DNA of 25,735 nucleotides from Candidatus Bathyarchaeia archaeon (GTDB taxonomy: Archaea; Thermoproteota; Bathyarchaeia; Bathyarchaeales; Bathycorpusculaceae): contig JBEKXL010000030.1 of the NCBI GenBank assembly GCA_049512075.1, positions 1-25,735 of the forward strand, given 5' to 3'. The notes below the pieces were generated by a model. That model was not told where the DNA came from and did no database searches. It saw only the letters and a list, made by a program, of their open reading frames with translations. Within the stretch, counting starts at the first letter, position 1. Every line of letters starts with the position of its first letter. Below, in pieces: positions 16,995-25,735 of the stretch. Made by a program: the position numbers and the translations under genes.

Positions 16995-17384
16995 TCATAA
17001 TCTTTTCTCTCTTAATTCCGCTCTAAAAGTTGATTTGTCTATTCTTCGTCCTTCAAGTTCAAGACTCAACCAGTTTATAATCATCTGATAGTCTCTCGAA
17101 AATCTGAAAGGAGTATATTTCTTGTTTTTCTTTTTCAGTTCATTTAGAGTATTTTGACTCAGATTCTTACCATCCAAATCTTTTATAGTTTGAATTACAA
17201 GCCTATTGACAGGAGCACACGCTCCGAAAACTTCAACACCTGATTTCAAAAGAGATTTAACTACTCCAGAACGAGTCTTCGCATTTAGATTTATTTTCTC
17301 CTCAGAAAGATATAGAACGATGGTATGTTTACCATCTATTCTTTGCACTCCTGATTCTAAACAGATTTGTTTCCAAATCTTCAT
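16995..17384 (-). CDS. Hypothetical basic protein (element cargo)
   Basis: 129-aa ORF, Lys-rich, no recognised motif. Confidence 0.65.
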   Translation of the reverse strand: MKIWKQICLESGVQRIDGKHTIVLYLSEEKINLNAKTRSGVVKSLLKSGVEVFGACAPVNRLVIQTIKDLDGKNLSQNTLNELKKKNKKYTPFRFSRDYQMIINWLSLELEGRRIDKSTFRAELREKRL

Positions 17385-17493
17385 GATAAATACTCTCTGA
17401 GGTCACGTTAATTTAAGATTTTTCTGATATTCCTCTTTCAGCTTGACTAGAGCCTTTGTACGGCGTGGCTTAAACTAGAAAAAGAGAGTGGGT

Positions 17494-17964
17494 TTAGTAG
17501 TAGTATGTTATTGTTACGTTTGCTGTTGCTAGCAGAACTATAGCATTTTTACTTATGCTCAATGATACAAGTGAAGAAGGTAACACAGGAAAAATAGCTG
17601 TTCCGTTCATGCCGTAATCCACTTGATTACTGTAATGGAGACTTTGAAAGGTATAATCTACTTCAACAATCGTATCAACAGTTGGGGATACTGTAACTAT
17701 GAGATACCCAGCATATCTAAGAGAATTTTCCCATTTTTCTGATATTGGCTCATAGGCAGTATAATTACTCAACAGTACCCTAGACTCATTAAGATTAATA
17801 ATGTTCTGTAGATTTATTATCGTATTGTCCTTATCGCTTACTATTGGAGTGTAGTGGTAATATTCAAATGCTCCAACCAGACCAGCAACCACAACAACGC
17901 AGATTATAACTAGTCCAACAGCAACACTTCTTCTAACAACCTTTTTTTCACTCATTTTGAACAT
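17494..17964 (-). CDS. Membrane-anchored surface protein
   Basis: MSEKKVVRRSVAVGLVIICVVVVAGLVGA anchor; beta-rich domain with N-x-S/T sequons. Confidence 0.75.
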   Translation of the reverse strand: MFKMSEKKVVRRSVAVGLVIICVVVVAGLVGAFEYYHYTPIVSDKDNTIINLQNIINLNESRVLLSNYTAYEPISEKWENSLRYAGYLIVTVSPTVDTIVEVDYTFQSLHYSNQVDYGMNGTAIFPVLPSSLVSLSISKNAIVLLATANVTITYYY

Positions 17965-18140
17965 CCACTTATGTCAATATATCCATGTTGAATTTTATCC
18001 TAAGCTTTGGTACATCATGTTCCAGAAACTGGTACGGTCTTAACTAGTTTGTCTTCTGTTGCTGTGCAGATTTAAGATTTCTGAAACCAACAAGCTAGCT
18101 GACGAAAAAAGAAAAGTTATTGTGTTGATGAATCAATAGA

Positions 18141-18986
18141 ATGTATTACATAAGTGATTGGAATATGCGAAGAAACCGCTCTCTAAGATTAGAGAGAATA
18201 ACTGGTTTAGTGCTTATGATTGTGGGATTTTCGGTTATTTTGTTTGGTCTTCCGTTCGTCATTCAGTTGGGTTTACTCGGAGCCTTGATGTTCGGTTGGT
18301 TTCTTGCTCTCCTTTTTGGAGTGGCTGGCTTCCTGTTAGTGGATTTAGGATTTAGACGTTCTGTGAGAGCAATATTGCTTGGCTTTGGAATAATGATTCC
18401 TTGGAGTCTAATCTTGCTCATCCAGCTTCCAGACGAATTGCAACTTTGGCTTGCTTTATTTATAGCACTAGTTGGCGTTCTTTTCTACAAGCGTTACCAA
18501 GCACGAAAATCTCAGAAAATAGCACACGTTGAAGGCATTGATGAAAAACAGAAGAAAACTGAACCACAGCAAGTTAAAATTACAATATTCCCACAGCAGA
18601 GTATGGGCAAGCCATCTGCTCTCCGAAAAACTGTAGGCGTTCTTCTAATAGCAGGGAGCACGTTCTCATTTCTTGTCATTTTACCCAGTCTGGCGGTGAC
18701 TGATAATATGCATGTACATATTGGGAGACTTATGCTTGCCGCTTGGTTTCTTGCTTTAGTGTTGTTCGTTGGGGCAAGTCTGTTTTCTAATCGTAAGCTG
18801 AAATTAGCTGTGCAAGGTTGGATTGAGTTTGTGTTCGTGACCTTTTTGCCATTAGTTGTCTTATTTCCTCTTGATTACGAAATCCTTTCGATATGCATTT
18901 GGATAACCATACTTGCGTCCTTCATCTACTGGTATTGTAAGAAGCATCCCGCCGAGATGAGAAATCAAGCTATCAACCCAACATGA
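18141..18986 (+). CDS. Hypothetical membrane protein with internal duplication (2 x 4 TM)
   Basis: Two hydrophobic halves sharing WFLAL, separated by a charged linker. Confidence 0.75.
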   Translation: MYYISDWNMRRNRSLRLERITGLVLMIVGFSVILFGLPFVIQLGLLGALMFGWFLALLFGVAGFLLVDLGFRRSVRAILLGFGIMIPWSLILLIQLPDELQLWLALFIALVGVLFYKRYQARKSQKIAHVEGIDEKQKKTEPQQVKITIFPQQSMGKPSALRKTVGVLLIAGSTFSFLVILPSLAVTDNMHVHIGRLMLAAWFLALVLFVGASLFSNRKLKLAVQGWIEFVFVTFLPLVVLFPLDYEILSICIWITILASFIYWYCKKHPAEMRNQAINPT

Positions 18987-19096
18987 TGACGCTTCGAGTT
19001 GATTCTACTGCGATGTTTTTCTGTTCTCCACTTTCGACATATTCTTTTTAAGCTAATTTACCCTATAGGATTGTTGTGGTTTACATGAGCCACTAT

Positions 19097-19129
19097 GAAA
19101 TATCGGAAAAACAACCCGATATTATAAAT
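19097..19129. other. Candidate attR
   Basis: AATATCGG-AAAAACAAC-CCGATATT palindrome; overlaps TTATAAATA upstream of rpl14e. Confidence 0.65.
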
Positions 19130-19176
19130 ATCTCCTGAATGATTGTTCTATCAATCATTCTCATGGAGGTTTTGGG

Positions 19177-19461
19177 GTGCCCGCAGTAGAGGTTGGAAGA
19201 ATCTGTGTGAAACTGTTAGGCCGTGAAGCTGGAAAAAAATGTGTCGTAGTCGACTTGGCGGACAAGAGTTTTGTATTAATAACCGGTCCGAAGGAAGTGA
19301 CAGGTGTAAGGAGGCGCAGGGCCAACATCAACCACATTGAACCTCTGCAAGATAGCATAGAAATCAAACGTGGAGCATCCGACGAAGAAATAACGGAAGC
19401 GCTTAAGTCTGCTGGCAAACTGGAAGCGATGGCTCAACCGGTAAAACCAGCCTTGGGCTAA
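19177..19461 (+). CDS. rpl14e: 50S ribosomal protein L14e
   Basis: EVGRICVKLLGREAGKKCVVVD...LITGPK..TGVRRRRANINHIEP; GGAGG ribosome-binding site. Confidence 0.96.
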   Translation: MPAVEVGRICVKLLGREAGKKCVVVDLADKSFVLITGPKEVTGVRRRRANINHIEPLQDSIEIKRGASDEEITEALKSAGKLEAMAQPVKPALG

Positions 19462-19611
19462 GACTGCAACGCAAATAGCGTAACCGCTGCTAAAATGGTT
19501 TTTCCAACTTCATGTCACCCTCCCAAAAATCAAAAGCCTCTTTCGGGGCCGGGTTTTTGCAAAGTCTTATATCGCGGCGGCCATTACTCTCGAAATCAAC
19601 ATCTTTGAGGT

Positions 19612-22350
19612 TTGACTGAGATTATGTTGAAAAGTCTTGCGCTAATTCTCATAATCATGTTCATTCTTGCTAGCATCTGCAACTTTTCTGGTTCCGTAGC
19701 TCTTTCAGCGCAGAATGGCGAGCATCGAGCCGATGCTGCAGGAGCTAACACATCAGCGCCAGGGGAGAACAAACTTCTAGAGCAGTCCAGTTTTGCCTCG
19801 TCTGACGGGTCTGATCGTCAATTGGTTATAGGCTTGAATAAAACCTGTTCAGGAGCCAGCACCGGTCTGGCTGGCCTCGTGGGGCAAATTGGCGGGAAGG
19901 TGGTTGCAGACGTTTTGATGGGAGGACAGACCGATGCAGTGGTTGTTGACGTGCCCGCGAGCAACTATTCACTAGTCGGCAAGGAGGCGGAGCTGAGTGG
20001 TTTGGCCAGGTATGTGGAGCCTAATATGCAGTTCAGGGCTCAGTTTGAACCGAACGATCCATACTACAGTCTTCAATGGGCTCCTCCTAAGATAAAGGCC
20101 AATTGGGCTTGGAACCTGACGAAGGGCAACTCTTCCGTTCTCGTCTGCGTCGTGGACACGGGCATAGACTATACCCATCCAGATCTTGTCAATAACTACG
20201 TCGCGCTCGGGTATGATTGGGTACACAACGAGGCCAATCCGCTGGATGACAATGGGCATGGAACCCATGTTGCAGGAATAATAGCTGCTCAAATGAACAA
20301 CGGTCTTGGCGTTGCGGGGCTCGCTCAAGTGAAGATTATGGCTGAAAAAGCCTTGAACTCCACGGGCTGGGGGGATGAAGTCGACTTGGCATATGCCATC
20401 ACAGACGCCGTAGGTAAGGGCGCAAAGATACTGAGCAACAGTTGGGGCAGTGACTCTGACAGTGGGCTCATCCACGACGCGATTCAATACGCATATTCGA
20501 AGGGCGTCCTGATAATCGCAGCTGCTGGAAACAACGACACGAACACGCCCTTCTATCCTGCAGCTTACCCCGAGGTAATTTCGGTAGCTGCAACTGATCA
20601 GTTTGACTCGAAAGTTGGCTTCTCGAACTGGGGAAACTGGATTGAGCTGGCAGCGCCCGGCGTCGACGTTTACTCCACGATGCCGACCTATCATGTGACG
20701 TTGAACGATCAAGGCCTTGCTTCAAAATATGATTACTTGAGCGGCACTTCAATGGCGTGCCCTCAAGTTGCAGGAGTGGCAGCGCTGGTCTGGAGTATGT
20801 TCCCGAATGCGTCACGCGACTGGGTTAGAGAACAGTTAAGGTCATCAGCTGACAATCTGGGCTCTTCGCTCTACTTCGGTTTTGGCAGGGTCAACGCCCG
20901 AAAAGCTGTTGAACAAGCGCCTTCAGCGCATGATGTTGCGCTTTACAATTATGAAGCTCCAAGCCACGTTCAGCCCGGGAATGACGTATTGTTCAATGTT
21001 TCAGTTCTCAACTTCGGTTTGAGTGATGAGTTCAACGTTGGCGTGGAACTACTTGTGAACGGTTTGCAAACTGATTTTGCCACAGTCCCTTCCCTTCCGA
21101 GTGGTTCATCCTCAAACGTCACGCTTGCGTGGATGCCCCCGACTGCACAGACGTACAACGTCACGTTCTACGTTTCGCCAGTGTCCGGAGAAACGAACAC
21201 TGCAAACAACGTGGTCTCTCTGACGATCGACGTGTATTTCCTAGTTGCCGTCAACCCGAACGGCGGGCCAGTTGGAACCACTGTGACCGTCAATGGTCGC
21301 GATTTCACTCCAGACGCTCAGGTTGCAGTGTCTTTCAACGATATGTTCATCGGCACAGCGCCCACAGACTCGGCAGGAAGCTTTACCTTCACTTTCAACG
21401 TTCCCGTTTCTTCGGCGGACGTGCAACTTGTCAAGGCAACTGATCTGACCGTTACAGCCCAGGCCAACTTCACTGTTTTGGACGTCACTCCTCTGAACGT
21501 TCAAGTCGATACTGGCGTCATCCATTTCAGGGGCGAAACAGTCACTTTCTACGTTCAAACAGTCTTCAAAGGACAAGCTGTAAGCGCGGCAATAACCGGC
21601 GCGGTATTGTACGAGCCTGATGGAACAAACGAGACACTGACAGCGCAGGCTCTTGCACCTGGATTATACAGAGTCACATACGAACTACCCAACGATGCCC
21701 CATCGGGCCTGTACGCTCTCTCGGTCACGGCAAACTACACGGATGAGACGGTGGAGTCGCTGGGGACTTTCTTCAAGTCGTTCCTGGTCAGCGAAACCTT
21801 ATCTGGCTGGAACGCGGTTCTCGTCGGAGCCAACGGTACTATGGGCACGATAAAAACCGACTTAGGCATATTGCAAGTGAACCTGAGCCAGATAAATGCC
21901 ACACTGCAAAACATAAATGGAGACACGGCGACACTCATTACAAACATAGGAACAATAGAGGCCGGACTTTTCACACTACAGCCTAACGTGACCTCCATCA
22001 ACGGGACGACGGCCACAATTCAAACGATCATAGGGTCAATCAACGGCACAGTCACGGGAATCAACGATGACATAGCCACCATCTTGATCCCTAGAGTTGG
22101 ACAACTCGAAGCAAACGTAACAGGTCTCCAAGAAACCCGTGGCTCATGGACAACACCTCAATACGTAATCTTGGCCGTCGCACTCGCGGCAACCGCGGCT
22201 GCCCTGATATCAATCGTGGTGGCTTCGCGAAAGAAAAAAGTGAGCACCGTCGAACCGCAAGCAAGCACCTCTGAACCGAAAGAGAGCACGTCCGAACCGA
22301 AAGAAGACACTCCCCCGACGGATACGAGCGTCCAGAACCCAATAGTCTAG
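19612..22350 (+). CDS. Membrane-anchored S8 subtilase (thermitase-like) with CARDB/Ig-like domains
   Basis: VVDTG, HGTHVAG, AAAGN and GTSMACP motifs; signal peptide and propeptide; C-terminal TM + RKKK. Confidence 0.93.
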   Translation: MTEIMLKSLALILIIMFILASICNFSGSVALSAQNGEHRADAAGANTSAPGENKLLEQSSFASSDGSDRQLVIGLNKTCSGASTGLAGLVGQIGGKVVADVLMGGQTDAVVVDVPASNYSLVGKEAELSGLARYVEPNMQFRAQFEPNDPYYSLQWAPPKIKANWAWNLTKGNSSVLVCVVDTGIDYTHPDLVNNYVALGYDWVHNEANPLDDNGHGTHVAGIIAAQMNNGLGVAGLAQVKIMAEKALNSTGWGDEVDLAYAITDAVGKGAKILSNSWGSDSDSGLIHDAIQYAYSKGVLIIAAAGNNDTNTPFYPAAYPEVISVAATDQFDSKVGFSNWGNWIELAAPGVDVYSTMPTYHVTLNDQGLASKYDYLSGTSMACPQVAGVAALVWSMFPNASRDWVREQLRSSADNLGSSLYFGFGRVNARKAVEQAPSAHDVALYNYEAPSHVQPGNDVLFNVSVLNFGLSDEFNVGVELLVNGLQTDFATVPSLPSGSSSNVTLAWMPPTAQTYNVTFYVSPVSGETNTANNVVSLTIDVYFLVAVNPNGGPVGTTVTVNGRDFTPDAQVAVSFNDMFIGTAPTDSAGSFTFTFNVPVSSADVQLVKATDLTVTAQANFTVLDVTPLNVQVDTGVIHFRGETVTFYVQTVFKGQAVSAAITGAVLYEPDGTNETLTAQALAPGLYRVTYELPNDAPSGLYALSVTANYTDETVESLGTFFKSFLVSETLSGWNAVLVGANGTMGTIKTDLGILQVNLSQINATLQNINGDTATLITNIGTIEAGLFTLQPNVTSINGTTATIQTIIGSINGTVTGINDDIATILIPRVGQLEANVTGLQETRGSWTTPQYVILAVALAATAAALISIVVASRKKKVSTVEPQASTSEPKESTSEPKEDTPPTDTSVQNPIV

Positions 22351-22668
22351 ATACTCTCCTGCTATCTGTCATTTGTTCCTGTTGACCTCGGTGTGAACAG
22401 CTGCGCCTACGAGGTTCGGTCGGCTTTCTTGCAAGCGAGAACACGCGTCAACGCCTCTCTCTGGCCTTTAAAGGCAAATAGCATTTCGTCTCCGTGTTTT
22501 CATACCCAATCCGTGAGTAGTTATTTTGTGGATGAAATGTTGGAAGGGTGTATGGAATGTTGTTTCAAAAGTTATAAATGCCGTTTTGGCAATACTCTTT
22601 ATTTGCCCATGTTACGTCCGGTTTGACGGGATGATGAGACGGGCGAAGGATGAGAGGAGAGACGGGAA

Positions 22669-25200
22669 TTGAGAAGCAAGATAGTTACCGGGATGTTGTT
22701 GGCTGTTCTCTTTACAACCGTGCTGTCGTCAGTGTTCGCTGAAACATCGGGGACAGCTTGGAGAAGCAACGACGTACAGTACGCTGGAAGCCGTGGCGTT
22801 GTTCAAATGGAAACGTCGGGTTTGTATGGCTTCCCTGACTTGGCTCCAAATGGACGTTCTTTCGGAGTCAGCACCAAGATAGGCGGTATGTATGAAGGAG
22901 GCTATCCCATGGTGACCACTGACGCCGCTGGCGGAGTCTACGTAACCTGGTACAACCTCGACGCTCTAGAGCTGTTCTTCACCTACTCTCACGATTATGG
23001 GAGAAGCTGGGGCCCGGTCACAAAAATCTCTGGCGGAGGAAATCCGCTGGTAGGCTGTTCAGATCCAGACGTTGCCGTTGATCGCCAGAATGGCTATGTG
23101 TATGTGGAGTGGATAGATAACAGAACTGGGCACACGAACGTGAACCTGTGCAGGTCAGTTGATCGCGGGGTGTCCTTCGGCTCAGCCGTTACGATTAACA
23201 ACGTTGACGGAAGCGACATCGTAAGTGTAGACAATGGTGCGAGTTACTCAACGCACGTTGCAGTCGCTAATGATGGGACGGTGTATGTTGCGTGGGAAGA
23301 CAACAGAACCAGCCCATCATGTTCAGATGTTTACCTCGCCAGATCCACCGACAACGGTCAGACTTTCAACACCAACACAAGGGTAAATCCCTATGAAGCT
23401 AACACAAATCACACAGTTCCATGGATAACAGTCGACCAGGCAGGAGTCGTGTACGTTGCCTACACAAAGACTAACACCACGATACAGAACATCTACCTGA
23501 CGAAATCCTTGGACGGAGGCTTATCCTTCAGGGCCCCTGTTAAGATCAATGATGATTCTGGGTATTACTATCGCGGAAAAAAGGAAGTTGCCGTTTCGAA
23601 AGACGGGAAGATTCGTGTCGTGTGGACCGATGGCAGAAATCAAACTGGGTATTGGGACATATATTTTGCAACGTCCTTGGACGGCGGTCTTTCATTCGGT
23701 CCGAACGTCCGAGTTAACGACGATCACACGGCAAATTGGCACGGAACGCCCTCGCTTGCTATTGACAGCGAGGGAGGCATTCACATCGTATGGGAGGATT
23801 TCAGAAACAACGGTGTCACCTCCACATATTTTAGGGATACATATTATGCATACTCAGAGGATGGCATTCATTTCTCTGAGAACGTCAAAGTCAACTACAT
23901 GCCCAACGCCACGTGGGTTGATTGCGCAGATCCGAACGTAGCAATCGACTCTTATGACAATCTATGCATCGTGTGGGCTGACTCTCCCTACAGCGAAATC
24001 AACTACACCGCGTATTTTGTTTTTAGCGCAGGTTGGACGTCACCTATGTTTCAGCACGACCAGACCCACAGCGGATACTCCACTTGCGTTGCGCCAGACA
24101 CGAATCAAACACTGTGGAACTTCACAACCGACGGTCCGCTGTACTCTTCTCCTGCTGTCGCAGACGGCATAGTATACGTATGCCCAGAGGGCGCCAAGGT
24201 TTACGCTACAGATGCTACCACGGGAACGCTGATATGGAATTACACGACAACAGGCAACTTGATAGGGTCTTCATCCCCTGCTGTTGTAGACGGCAAGGTT
24301 TACCTCGGCTCGTGGCTTGGCATCGTCTACGCTCTGAACGCCTCAACGGGCACACAAGTGTGGAACTTCACAACAGGCGGCGATGTGGAGTCTTCTCCTA
24401 CCGTCGCCTATGGAAAGGTCTACGTAGGCTCTTCTGACGGAGAGGTTTATGCCCTGAATGCTTCAATTGGCACGCTGATGTGGAACTGCACGACGGGCGG
24501 TCCAGTGTACTCTTCTCCCGCTGCGGCTGAGGGCAGAATCTACGTGGGCTCAAACGATGACAGGACTTACGCCTTGAATGCTTCAACAGGTGCACTCATC
24601 TGGAACTACACGACCGGTGGCATGGTGCGTTCTTCTCCTGCCGTTGCCGACGGCGTGGTCTTCACAGGGTCGTACGACGGCAAGGTTTATGCTTTGAATG
24701 CTTCTAGCGGCGCTCTCATATGGAGCTACCAAACTGGGCTTTCGGTGTCGTCTTCTCCTGCTGTTGTTAACGGCGTCGTCTATGTAGGCTCAATGGACTA
24801 CAAGGTTTATGCTTTGAATGCTTCGACCGGCGCCGTCATATGGAACTACACGACCGGCGGGTCTGTGGGCTCTTCTCCTGCAGTTGCTGACGGTAAACTT
24901 TTCGTGGGCTCAGATGATGCCAGAGTTTACGCTTTGAACGCTACAACGGGCACACTGGTGTGGAGCTACCTGACGTCCTACTGGGTGAGGTCTTCTCCAG
25001 CTGTAGCAGACGGCAAAGTGTTCATAGGTTCAAACAACGGCCAAGTTTATGTTTTCGGCCTGGGCCCCGGTGTCCCCGAGTTCCCAGCTAGCCTCATGAT
25101 TCCAGTTTTCGCCGCTCTTTCCCTCATCGCAGTTGTAGCCACGAAACTCTCATCTCGCAAAAGGGTGCCCCGCCATCGATCCTGCCGTTCAGAAGATTAA
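22669..25200 (+). CDS. Surface protein: Asp-box (sialidase-like) propeller + PQQ-like beta-propeller + PEF-CTERM
   Basis: Repeated SxDxGxS/T(F/W) Asp boxes; eight SSPAVxDGxVYxGSxDxxVYALNAxTGxxxW-type repeats; VPEFP-TM-RKR tail. Confidence 0.9.
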   Translation: MRSKIVTGMLLAVLFTTVLSSVFAETSGTAWRSNDVQYAGSRGVVQMETSGLYGFPDLAPNGRSFGVSTKIGGMYEGGYPMVTTDAAGGVYVTWYNLDALELFFTYSHDYGRSWGPVTKISGGGNPLVGCSDPDVAVDRQNGYVYVEWIDNRTGHTNVNLCRSVDRGVSFGSAVTINNVDGSDIVSVDNGASYSTHVAVANDGTVYVAWEDNRTSPSCSDVYLARSTDNGQTFNTNTRVNPYEANTNHTVPWITVDQAGVVYVAYTKTNTTIQNIYLTKSLDGGLSFRAPVKINDDSGYYYRGKKEVAVSKDGKIRVVWTDGRNQTGYWDIYFATSLDGGLSFGPNVRVNDDHTANWHGTPSLAIDSEGGIHIVWEDFRNNGVTSTYFRDTYYAYSEDGIHFSENVKVNYMPNATWVDCADPNVAIDSYDNLCIVWADSPYSEINYTAYFVFSAGWTSPMFQHDQTHSGYSTCVAPDTNQTLWNFTTDGPLYSSPAVADGIVYVCPEGAKVYATDATTGTLIWNYTTTGNLIGSSSPAVVDGKVYLGSWLGIVYALNASTGTQVWNFTTGGDVESSPTVAYGKVYVGSSDGEVYALNASIGTLMWNCTTGGPVYSSPAAAEGRIYVGSNDDRTYALNASTGALIWNYTTGGMVRSSPAVADGVVFTGSYDGKVYALNASSGALIWSYQTGLSVSSSPAVVNGVVYVGSMDYKVYALNASTGAVIWNYTTGGSVGSSPAVADGKLFVGSDDARVYALNATTGTLVWSYLTSYWVRSSPAVADGKVFIGSNNGQVYVFGLGPGVPEFPASLMIPVFAALSLIAVVATKLSSRKRVPRHRSCRSED

Positions 25201-25358
25201 GCTCTAAACTGGCTCTTGACGCTGAAACCCTATCCGAACGCTCTGCGCGCGTGCATTATAGAAGGCGAACAAAAACCATTTTGAACCAATTTAGGAACAA
25301 GCGTGCGCGCTACTTCAGAATAGCTAGAAAATGCACACTCTGGATCGACTGGGCCGCG

Positions 25359-25616
25359 TTACCATTGGTCTGGGCGTTGGTACTTGACAACTGGAGTACT
25401 CTCTTTTGCACGTGTGACTTCTGTGGAGATACGAAGATATTCATTCGTCTTCTCAGTCAAGAGCCTTGCTATCATTTCCAGCAACTCTGTTACCTCAAAA
25501 GGTTTCAGTACGTATCCATCAGCCCTTTCGTTAACAGCCTTCATTGCGTTTTCAATGGAGGGATGTCCCGTGATGATGATCCTTATCATTTTGGGCTGCA
25601 TCTTTTTCAGTCTATT
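25359..25616 (-). pseudogene. Response regulator receiver domain, 5'-truncated
   Basis: IIITGHPS...ADGYVLKPF is the C-terminal half of a REC domain. The acidic pocket and phospho-Asp are missing; in-frame TGA at 25617-25619. Confidence 0.8.
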
Positions 25617-25617
25617 T

Positions 25618-25735
25618 CAAGGGTGTGGGGGAAGAGAACCCCGGGGCTTGCCCCGGGCGGTGAATTCCCCCACTTAAGCCTTTATACTGAGCGTGTGTTA
25701 CGAAAATGTGGAGATAACCTTGGAGATGGAGGCCG
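25618..25735 (+). mobile_element. End of an insertion sequence, IS200/IS605-like (partial)
   Basis: GC-rich subterminal hairpin CCCGGGG-CTTG-CCCCGGG (25640-25657) within stem GTGGGGGAA/TTCCCCCAC, at the break of the REC gene. Followed by TTTATA and GGAG..TTG/ATG. Confidence 0.6.

Larger units (their letters stand above)
13480..19129. mobile_element. ~5.6 kb integrated element with tyrosine recombinase
   Basis: Recombinase at the left edge, visibly AT-richer DNA, orphan cargo genes, related palindromic sites at both boundaries, housekeeping genes on both sides. Confidence 0.8.

Noticed and set aside
19972-20815. Long antisense ORFs over the subtilase, and similar shadow ORFs over the epimerase, purA and htrA
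   Set aside because: They are shadows of well-supported genes and have no motifs.
24100-25050. ~120-bp DNA repeats as a non-coding array or DGR template/variable pair
   Set aside because: Fully explained by propeller blade coding repeats; differences are not adenine-specific and there is no RT.

Overview
Archaeal genomic window, most consistent with Bathyarchaeia (inferred from rpl14e, short-form PurA, GGAGG/GGTGA ribosome-binding sites and TATA boxes). 1-8.7 kb is a cell-surface locus: an exosortase/archaeosortase with EpsI-like and C-terminal wHTH-like domains, PE(F/I/V)-CTERM substrates, a DUF1616-like protein, an NDP-sugar epimerase and a 13-bp-periodic operator-like array. 8.7-13.3 kb holds HtrA, PrsW, purA, a YkgJ-like protein, small Sm-like and Zn-finger proteins and a metallophosphoesterase. 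13.48-19.13 kb is an AT-richer ~5.6 kb integrated element bounded by two related palindromic att-like sites, not in a tRNA. It carries an atypical tyrosine recombinase, a coupled 32-aa coiled-coil peptide, a PD-(D/E)XK nuclease and a ~425-nt highly structured non-coding region, and is the best candidate for an undescribed system. After it come rpl14e, a membrane-anchored subtilase, a PEF-CTERM Asp-box/PQQ-propeller protein and a receiver-domain gene broken by an IS200/IS605-like end. All calls come from reading motifs by eye; no searches or folding programs were run.
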